This document shows positions 57,168 to 64,000 of a stretch of 64,000 nt of DNA, in pieces. The stretch lies in the NCBI GenBank assembly GCA_028823175.1, contig JAPKBZ010000002.1, positions 6,571 through 70,570 on the forward strand. The letters run 5' to 3'. Under the pieces are notes generated by a model. It made no database searches. It was not told the DNA's origin and worked only from the letters and a program-made list of their open reading frames with translations. Made by a program: the position numbers and the translations under genes. Numbering within the stretch: the stretch's first letter is position 1; the number at the start of each line of letters is the position of its first letter. The DNA is from Myxococcota bacterium (GTDB lineage: Bacteria > Myxococcota_A > UBA9160 > UBA4427).

Positions 57168-58820
57168 TTAGACGTCGCCGCTGCGAGCGACATCGGCCAG
57201 GCTGTTGATATCGATCCAGCCGCCATGGACATAAATGACCCGGATCGCGCGAGGGTCAGCCTGGGCGAGGTCGTCAAGCAGTGCGCACAGGTCGAGCTGG
57301 GCGCTCCCGGGCCGGGCCAGGGCCGAGTCCAGGGCCTCCTGGAGCGACTCCACCCCCTCACCGCGAACCCGAAGCATGCCGATCCACTCTCCGTGGGTCA
57401 TTTCCTCGGGCAAGCCCTCGGAGGCGGCTTCCAGCCAGTTCTCAGACTCGTCGTACGCGGTCGGAGCCGGCCCGGAAACCTTCACCCGGTCGACACTTCG
57501 ACCCGATTCCAGGAAGGAACGCGAGCCGTCCACCACCAGGGTGATGGGCGCGTCGGACGAGAGCAGCAGGTGCAGGATATAGCGTTTGAAAACCACATCG
57601 CCGTAGGCAATGATCGTGTCGCCCTTGATTGCTTCTCGAGCCACAGCAAGTGACCCCAGCTCTCCGTTCTCTTCCCAATCGGGGTTGTCAAAGAACTTCG
57701 CGCCCACTGGTGCGAGAGCCTCGGGCCGATAGCCGCGAACCACAGAAATATCCTTGATGCCCTCGGCGCGCATACTCTGCAGCATTTTCTCAATGGCCGG
57801 CATGCCCGAAACGGGAATCATCGCCTTGGGTCGATCCGCAGTGAGCTCATCGAGGCCCGCGCCCCGGGACGCAGCCAACACCAGAGCCGTCACTCCCGAC
57901 TCCTTGTGCAGATAAGTCTTTTCGCCCTCGAGCAAACCGTCGGCATCCTGAAGTCGAAAGACTTCCTTGACCGGAGCGATCGCGTCCTCGAGATCTCGGG
58001 CAGTTCCCTTTTCACCGATCTCGTTCGCAACCGACTGCATGGCGCCGATCCCCGCGCGCAGCATGTGGTTCGCCCAGATCACCAGGGAAATTCCCGCTTG
58101 GTCGAAGGCCTCCATGGGCGTGCTGTAGTAGGTGGTCGGCACGCAGACCACAGGGGCCCGGCCGCTCCACTTCGACATAAAATCCTGGACCTGACCGAAG
58201 GTGCGCTCCTTCGAGTGAATCAGGATCGCATCGGCACCTGCATCCACATAGCTCTCGGCGCGATCGATCGCCGCTGCCGTATCCAGACCGACGATCAAAG
58301 CCTCGGTCCGGGCCACCACGACAAAATCAGGATCCGTCTGAGCGTCCTTGCCCGCACGAAGCTTGCCCGCGAATTCTTCCACCGGTGCCAGAGATTGGCC
58401 CTCCGAGCGCAGGAAGGAGTTGGTCTTCGGGAAAATCTTGTCTTCGATGCAAACGCCGCCCACTCTGCGCAGGCAGAGCTTGCGAACCAGTTGCTGGAAA
58501 TGGCTGAACTGGCCGTAGCCCGTATCCCCGTCGAAGAGGATTGGGATATTCGCCCGGGCAGTGATGCTCTCGAGCACCTCCAGCACTTCAGTCATGGTGA
58601 GTTCACTGTTATCGCGCAGGCCCGCGGCGCAGGAGAGGGTCAGCGAACTCGCCCAAAGGCCCGAGAGACCGGCCTCCTCGACGATGGTGGCGGAGAGCGA
58701 GTTGTGGGCCTCCAGGATCTGCTCGACCCGGGGACTCTCCAAAAGCTTGCGAAGCTTCTTTGAATTACTTTCCAAGATGCTGTTCTGGTTCATTTTTTGA
58801 CCCCATATCCTTTTGATCAA
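57168..58820 (-). CDS. phosphoenolpyruvate mutase (PepM) fused to a C-terminal nucleotidyltransferase-like domain
   Basis: PepM-diagnostic EDKxxxxxNS (CIEDKIFPKTNSF) in the N-terminal ~300 aa (isocitrate-lyase/PEP-mutase fold). The C-terminal ~250 aa is NTP-transferase-like (ALVLAASRGAGLDELTADRPKAMIPV). MNQNS (58793) is an alternative start. Confidence 0.9.
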   Translation of the reverse strand: MIKRIWGQKMNQNSILESNSKKLRKLLESPRVEQILEAHNSLSATIVEEAGLSGLWASSLTLSCAAGLRDNSELTMTEVLEVLESITARANIPILFDGDTGYGQFSHFQQLVRKLCLRRVGGVCIEDKIFPKTNSFLRSEGQSLAPVEEFAGKLRAGKDAQTDPDFVVVARTEALIVGLDTAAAIDRAESYVDAGADAILIHSKERTFGQVQDFMSKWSGRAPVVCVPTTYYSTPMEAFDQAGISLVIWANHMLRAGIGAMQSVANEIGEKGTARDLEDAIAPVKEVFRLQDADGLLEGEKTYLHKESGVTALVLAASRGAGLDELTADRPKAMIPVSGMPAIEKMLQSMRAEGIKDISVVRGYRPEALAPVGAKFFDNPDWEENGELGSLAVAREAIKGDTIIAYGDVVFKRYILHLLLSSDAPITLVVDGSRSFLESGRSVDRVKVSGPAPTAYDESENWLEAASEGLPEEMTHGEWIGMLRVRGEGVESLQEALDSALARPGSAQLDLCALLDDLAQADPRAIRVIYVHGGWIDINSLADVARSGDV

Positions 58821-58906
58821 TCAAGTTTGATCCGGCCTACGAACTCAGTCGTTGCCGGAGGATAGCCCTGGCGACCCCGGTCGGTATCCCCCGACCCACC
58901 CCGCCC

Positions 58907-60061
58907 TCAAGTGTTCGTCGCGCCGCTCCCGTCGACCCGGATTCGCGCCGCGTTTTCGTAGACGCTTTCAATTCTCTCGGCAACGCTCGGCCACGAGTAT
59001 GCCAGCGCCGTTTTTCGCCCGGCCTCGCCCATTCGCTCGAGCACCACCCGATCGCGCAGCACCCGCCCCAGACCTTCGGCCAAGGCTTCGGAATTCGGCT
59101 CATCAACCAGCCAGCCATCGACGCCGTGGCTGACCACGTCCCGGTAGCCGGGGATCGCAAAGGCCACGGGTGGCCGCCCCGCGGCCATGGCCTCGAGCAG
59201 AACGATCCCCTGGCTCTCCTGACCTGTCGCCGGCGAACAAAAGACATCGCAACTCGCGTAGTAGCCCGCCATGTCTTCGGGTGCCGCATAACCCTCAAAC
59301 TCGATAGCGGTCCGGGCACCTTCGCTAAGTCCGGCGAGATCGGCCTCGACTTCACTGGCCTGGGCACCGACGACGACCAACCGCAATCCCTCGATATCGA
59401 CTCGAAGCCGATCGAAGGCTCGAAGCAGGATCGAAAGTCCCTTGCGTGGGTCGGCTCTCCCGACAAAAAGAATTTTAGGACGATCATCATCCAACCCGGG
59501 CAGGCGAGAAGCCTCGGGATGAAAGCGCGCCGTGTCCACACCATTGGGGATGATCTCGTAATCGCCCGGGAAATAGTGGGCGATGCTTCGGCGGGCTTCG
59601 GCGGAGACCGCGATCCGCGCATGCATGCGTTCCCACGCCGGTCGCGAGATCGCCCCGAGTCGGCGAAAAAGCGTCTCCCACAGGAACGACGGTTCAAAGT
59701 TCGCGTGAAAGGTACCCACCGTGGTGCACTCCGACGCGTAGAGAGCAGCCACGGCCAGAAAGGGTTCCATCGGCGCGTGAACATGAACCACGTCGAGGGC
59801 ATGGCGGCGCAAGGAGCGGCGAAAATTCAAGATTTCCCGGCCCAGCACCATCCGGGAAAGAGCACCGTTGCTCGTAAACTTGTATTCGAACCCGAGGCGC
59901 AAGACCTCGGGCCCCTCGTCCTTCCAACCGGGCGTGGCCGGTCCGGTGATGACCTTCACCTCGTGCCCCCGGGCCGAGAGTTCCTCGGCCTGGTGGTGGA
60001 CGTGCTCGGAGATACCGCCGGGCCATGGCCGGTAGTACTCCGTCACTATGCCAATTCGCAT
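58907..60061 (-). CDS. GT4-family glycosyltransferase, PimA-like
   Basis: Start reassigned to ATG 60061 (MRIGIVTEYYRPWPGGISEHV...). GT-B/GT4 C-terminal motif ESQGIVLLEAMAAGRP. It sits 86 nt upstream of pepM on the same strand. Confidence 0.85.
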   Translation of the reverse strand: MRIGIVTEYYRPWPGGISEHVHHQAEELSARGHEVKVITGPATPGWKDEGPEVLRLGFEYKFTSNGALSRMVLGREILNFRRSLRRHALDVVHVHAPMEPFLAVAALYASECTTVGTFHANFEPSFLWETLFRRLGAISRPAWERMHARIAVSAEARRSIAHYFPGDYEIIPNGVDTARFHPEASRLPGLDDDRPKILFVGRADPRKGLSILLRAFDRLRVDIEGLRLVVVGAQASEVEADLAGLSEGARTAIEFEGYAAPEDMAGYYASCDVFCSPATGQESQGIVLLEAMAAGRPPVAFAIPGYRDVVSHGVDGWLVDEPNSEALAEGLGRVLRDRVVLERMGEAGRKTALAYSWPSVAERIESVYENAARIRVDGSGATNT

Positions 60062-60522
60062 CTGGAATCCTCGCAGTGGATCGGGCGTTGCCCCACAGGC
60101 TTTTCCCAGCCTTCCCGGGCAGTGCCGCCTCGAGCCAGGGCCCAGCGGAGGAGGCACAACGCGTGGCCTGTCGGCGCAAACCAGGGCTCTCGCGCGGATT
60201 TTCGGGAGGCAAGCGTGGACGCCTCGGCGGCCATCGCGGCGGGAACCTATCACAGGCGGCGAGCCTCGGCCCTCGCCTAAAAACCACGTCACCCCGGGGA
60301 TACGCTGAGCCCCAGAGGCCGGCCTGGCACCCCCAGGTGCGTCCTAGAGCGCTGCGGTTACTCTCTCGGCATGCTCAATAGACCTATTTCTGAGCGGGGG
60401 ACGACCGAAGCCACCGTCCCCCGAGCCTCGAAGCACCGCCCCCCCGCCGGGAATCCGGCCGGCCAAGCGCGACAGACCGGTTCCCCTCGCCGCTCCCCGC
60501 GCCCGCCCGGGCCGCTTCCCCG

Positions 60523-61185
60523 ATGATCGACGAGCTCTACAAGGACCGGATGGATACGGGCTGGGACCGCGTCGGGCGCTGGGTCGCGCGCAGCGGCCTG
60601 ACCCCCAACGCGGTGACCTGGCTGGGGATGGCGCTCTGCTCCGGCAACGCCCTCGCGTTCTGCTTCCATCAGAACTTCTGGCTCTTCGGCCTGCTCGTCG
60701 GGCTGATCGAATTGCTCGACAACGTCGATGGGGCTGTGGCTCGGGTGACCGGGCTCAGCAGCCGGCGGGGCGCCTACCTCGACGCCACCACCGATCGCTA
60801 CAAGGATTCTCTGATCCTCCTGGCCATCGCCTACGTCACGGGTTTTTGGCTGCCCGCCACCCTGGCCATCACGGGCTCGCTGATCACCAGCTACGCGGCG
60901 GCGCGAGCCTCCATGCTCGGTGCCCACGGCGATGCGAGTGGAGGCCTGCCCGATCTCTTCGAACGACTCGAACGCACCGCGACGCTCTGCCTCGGACTCG
61001 TGGCCGCACCCTTCTGCCCGCCGATCCTGGGCCACGCACTGATGTGGTGGGTGCTCTACTTCGTCGCCGCGATGACGCATATCACTGGTTTTCAGCGCAT
61101 CGCACGAAGGCTCGGGGAACTCGACGTCCTCGACGCCGGGGATGCTTCAGCGACCGCGAACGACGACTCCGGGCAGACGCCCTAA
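60523..61185 (+). CDS. CDP-alcohol phosphatidyltransferase family protein (phosphatidylinositol-phosphate-synthase-like size and layout)
   Basis: LDNVDGAVARVTGLSSRRGAYLDATTDRYKD contains the DG-x2-AR...G-x3-D-x3-D motif. 220 aa with ~5-6 TM. Divergent from the GT4/pepM operon. Confidence 0.8.
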   Translation: MIDELYKDRMDTGWDRVGRWVARSGLTPNAVTWLGMALCSGNALAFCFHQNFWLFGLLVGLIELLDNVDGAVARVTGLSSRRGAYLDATTDRYKDSLILLAIAYVTGFWLPATLAITGSLITSYAAARASMLGAHGDASGGLPDLFERLERTATLCLGLVAAPFCPPILGHALMWWVLYFVAAMTHITGFQRIARRLGELDVLDAGDASATANDDSGQTP

Positions 61186-62747
61186 AGGGCTCCGCCGATC
61201 CGAGCCTCGAGCAGCGCCCGATTACTCGCATAATCGACCAGGGCTGCGAGCAGCATGCTCTCCGCCCGCACGAGTTCGGCGTCGGCGTCGGTGATATCCA
61301 GATTACTCGCCAGCCCCATCTCGAAACGCCCCCGGGCAATCTCGCCCTTATTGCGGGAGTTCTCGACTTGTAGGATCAGGCTCTTGAGCCGCTCGATTCC
61401 CTCGCGCAAGCGAATTTCCACAGCGCGCACCTCGAGCTCGATATCGCGCTTCTGGCGCACAAACTCTCGCCGAGTCTGGGCCCGCAAAGCGCGAAAACGC
61501 GACAGCCGCGATCGCGGCCCGACGTTCCCAATCGGGAAGTCGAAGGCGACGCCCGCGTTCCAATTCCAGCTCTTCCAGTCGAAACCCGGCTGAAAACCGC
61601 CGCGGGCCTCGAGATTCGGGAGGGTGTCGTTCTTGGCGACTCTGACCGCCAGCTCGGCCTTCTCGAGCTTCGCCCGCATCCGGGCCATTTCGGGTCGGTC
61701 CTCGAGGGCCCGAGCCACCCAATCATCGAGTTCGATTTCGAGGGGCTGAAAGGGAATCGTCAAATCCATCACATCCACTTGCATCTGGGCATCGAGTCCG
61801 ATGACCTTGCGCAGATCGTTTTGAGCAATCTCCAGATCCGCTCTTGCCGTGGCTAAACGCGCCTGGTTATTGGACTGGCTGATCTCGGCGCTATAGACGT
61901 CCACCTTGCTGACCCGGCCCGCCTCGAAGAGGGCATCCGACGCTCGGATCAGCTCGGCATCCCGGCCCAGGGCCTGCTCGATCACCTCGATCTGTCGCAG
62001 CGCCTGGATCACTCGGTAGTAGGCACTCTTCGTGCCCGCCGTGACGTTCAGGATTTCCGAGCGCAATTCGGCCCGGCTGATCTCCGTGTCGTATTCCGCA
62101 TCGAGAATCTCGCGACGGGCGACAAAGATGCGCCCGCCCCGCAGCAGGGGTTGGCGAATTTCGATCCCGAGCCCGCCGAGCTCGCTCATGCTTTCCAGAT
62201 TGGCCCCCGCACCAGTCGCGAGATCTTCGTTGTACTCGTTCTTGAATTCGCGCGAATAGCCGACCCCCAGCGCGACGCTCCCGCCCGTGGGCACCTGCTG
62301 ACGAAGCGTCGCCTGGGCCTGCTGGTTCTGAGTGAACTCGTCCTGTCGGTCCGAGTGGGCCCGCTTGGTTTCGAAGGCGGTGCCCTCAATGGCAAGAATC
62401 GGGTGAAATTTGGATCGCGCCCCGGTCACATCGCTCTCCCGGGCGTCGAGTTCGAGCGCGACGATCTGCAGGCCCAGATTATTCTCGAGGGAGGCTTTCA
62501 CGGCGCCCTCGAGGGTCAAGCCGAGGCGCTCGCGCACCAGCGGCGCTCCAACATCATCGCTTTGATCCAGAATCTGGCGGACAGCCTCGAGATCCAAATC
62601 GGAAATCGAGCCGACTTCAAGGGCGGGTAGCGGGCTCTCATCAGGCCGCGCGCCGACCCCCGCCGAGGGCGACAGCATCAACAACGCCGAAATCACGAGC
62701 AGGGTCCGTACCTGGCTCGCGATTCCGCAAGTTCGTATGCGCCCCAC
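61182..62747 (-). CDS. TolC-family outer-membrane efflux protein
   Basis: Two OEP repeats with long coiled helices. Start proposed at GTG 62747, 6 nt after GGAGAGG, which gives the signal peptide ...LLVISALLMLSPSAGVGA (track start 62837). Confidence 0.8.
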   Translation of the reverse strand: MGRIRTCGIASQVRTLLVISALLMLSPSAGVGARPDESPLPALEVGSISDLDLEAVRQILDQSDDVGAPLVRERLGLTLEGAVKASLENNLGLQIVALELDARESDVTGARSKFHPILAIEGTAFETKRAHSDRQDEFTQNQQAQATLRQQVPTGGSVALGVGYSREFKNEYNEDLATGAGANLESMSELGGLGIEIRQPLLRGGRIFVARREILDAEYDTEISRAELRSEILNVTAGTKSAYYRVIQALRQIEVIEQALGRDAELIRASDALFEAGRVSKVDVYSAEISQSNNQARLATARADLEIAQNDLRKVIGLDAQMQVDVMDLTIPFQPLEIELDDWVARALEDRPEMARMRAKLEKAELAVRVAKNDTLPNLEARGGFQPGFDWKSWNWNAGVAFDFPIGNVGPRSRLSRFRALRAQTRREFVRQKRDIELEVRAVEIRLREGIERLKSLILQVENSRNKGEIARGRFEMGLASNLDITDADAELVRAESMLLAALVDYASNRALLEARIGGAL

Positions 62748-62853
62748 TCTTCGCCTCTCCCTAGACTCCGTCTCGCCCCTGGCATTCCAGCCAGCCCCTC
62801 GCTCGACCCTCTCGGGCTGCACGTGCAAAATTACCACACATGCGCTGTTCCCC

Positions 62854-63945
62854 TCAGCCGGCGCGAAAGCCCTCGAGAATCGTTCGGGCTTCGTCTGCCA
62901 TGGAGCGCGCGATTTCAGCGGTCGAGCGTTCTTCCCGAACGAAGTGGACGCCTTGGCCCACAGCCTCGGTCATCAGATCTGCCCGACGCGCGTCGTTGGC
63001 ACCCTGGAGATAGCGCGAAGTCAGGAGCATCTGGTAGGGGCTCTGGAGCAACTGCGGCGCGTCGTCCCCATCCCACACCTCGGTCCAGGGACAGCGAAGA
63101 ACCCGCATCGTCTTGCCCGAGATCGACGCGCTCCGGGTGGTCTCCGCACCGTCTGCCGCCAGGATCCGCTCCTTCACGATGGGGTCGACATCGGATTCTA
63201 GGCTGGCCAACCAGGCCGTGCCGACCCATGCTCCGGCGGCTCCCAGGCAGAGCGAAGCCGCCAGGTGCCGGCCCGTGGTTATTCCCCCTGCGGCGATCAC
63301 CGGGAGATTCGGCAGCTTCGAGGCGATTTCGGGGACGATGGAAAAGGTCCCCACTCCGCCCGTATGACCGGCGGCATCGTAGCCCTGGGCCACCACCATA
63401 TCGGCTCCACGCTCCGCCTGGGCCAAGGCTTGCCGGGTCGCGCCCACCAGGGCGATCATCTTGATCCCCCGAGCTTTGGCCTCGTCGTAAAGGAAATCCG
63501 GCGCGCCCAGGCCCGTCGCGATGACCGGCACCCCTTCGTCGAGCACCATCTCTATCTGGGCTCGCGCGATCTTCTTGTTGTTGCCCCCCCACTTGCGTAG
63601 GACGACCTCGTTGGTGGGTGGAGGCACATCGAAGCGCGCCTCGAGTGCTTCCGCGAAGCTCAGGTGTTCGGAGGGGATCTCAGCGTAGATCTCTTCGGGG
63701 CTGGCATCCCGGGGCGCCCGGGCAGGGAGAACCAAATCGATTCCAAACCCGGGACCCACCTGGTCGCGAACCCAGCGAATATCGCGTTCGATTTCTTCCA
63801 TGCTGCGCAAGGCCTCGCCGAGAACCGCGAAACAGCCGGCCCGGGTCGCGGCCACCGCCACCTCTCGGCAATGGGTGAAGCACACGATCGGGAGTTCCAT
63901 CTCCAGAACGTCACAAAGCCGAGTATGCAAAGGATCGGAGCGCAT
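62854..63945 (-). CDS. nitronate monooxygenase / NAD(P)H-dependent FMN oxidoreductase (NMO family)
   Basis: TIM-barrel NMO pattern: PIVCFTH..., GYDAAGHTGG, PVIAAGGITTGRHLAASLCLGAAGAWVGT. Confidence 0.8.
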   Translation of the reverse strand: MRSDPLHTRLCDVLEMELPIVCFTHCREVAVAATRAGCFAVLGEALRSMEEIERDIRWVRDQVGPGFGIDLVLPARAPRDASPEEIYAEIPSEHLSFAEALEARFDVPPPTNEVVLRKWGGNNKKIARAQIEMVLDEGVPVIATGLGAPDFLYDEAKARGIKMIALVGATRQALAQAERGADMVVAQGYDAAGHTGGVGTFSIVPEIASKLPNLPVIAAGGITTGRHLAASLCLGAAGAWVGTAWLASLESDVDPIVKERILAADGAETTRSASISGKTMRVLRCPWTEVWDGDDAPQLLQSPYQMLLTSRYLQGANDARRADLMTEAVGQGVHFVREERSTAEIARSMADEARTILEGFRAG

Positions 63946-64000
63946 CTATTTCCTCAGCGAAAAAGCGGAAGACATCGATCTCCCAAAGGTCACGGGAGCA

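Overview
High-GC, densely coding bacterial chromosomal window with about 50 protein genes. By eye I see no rRNA, tRNA, CRISPR array, transposase or integrase. Gram-negative hallmarks are present: two autotransporters, a TolC-family channel and a beta-barrel outer-membrane protein.

Layout:
- 1-22 kb: mostly housekeeping or miscellaneous genes. These include RumA/TrmA-like and RlmI-like RNA methyltransferases, hydrolases, a SWIM-SNF2 helicase, a J-domain chaperone, long-form gap, an acyl-CoA dehydrogenase pair, an MFS transporter, pheST and a YkuK-like gene.
- 22-46 kb: LLM-type oxidoreductases and an alcohol dehydrogenase, then an acyl-CoA/CoA-thioester island. The island holds 2 SDRs, 2 acyl-CoA ligases, 3 family III CoA-transferase genes (one a tandem fusion), a crotonase and an amidohydrolase. 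Autotransporter 1 lies just upstream of the island, and a TPR + autotransporter 2 pair is inserted within it.
- 46.5-62.8 kb: an envelope-lipid-looking super-locus. It runs DevB-DevC-DevC-DevA exporter, FGGY kinase, then a minus-strand operon (GT4, PepM-nucleotidyltransferase fusion, Ppd, LicC/PntC-like nucleotidyltransferase, PhnW, divergent CdsA-like, CDP-alcohol phosphatidyltransferase). A second divergent CDP-alcohol phosphatidyltransferase and a TolC-family gene close it.

The strongest candidate for a novel system is this 2-aminoethylphosphonate pathway wired to lipid head-group enzymes, which suggests a phosphonolipid or phosphono-glycolipid.

A second finding is a 71-codon SelW/Rdx-family gene at 1603-1818. 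It is invisible in the ORF track because it carries an in-frame TGA exactly at the CxxU position, with a hairpin just downstream, so it is a probable selenoprotein.

Many long ORFs in the track are GC-rich shadow frames and were not called. All functional calls come from by-eye motif recognition, with no database searches.
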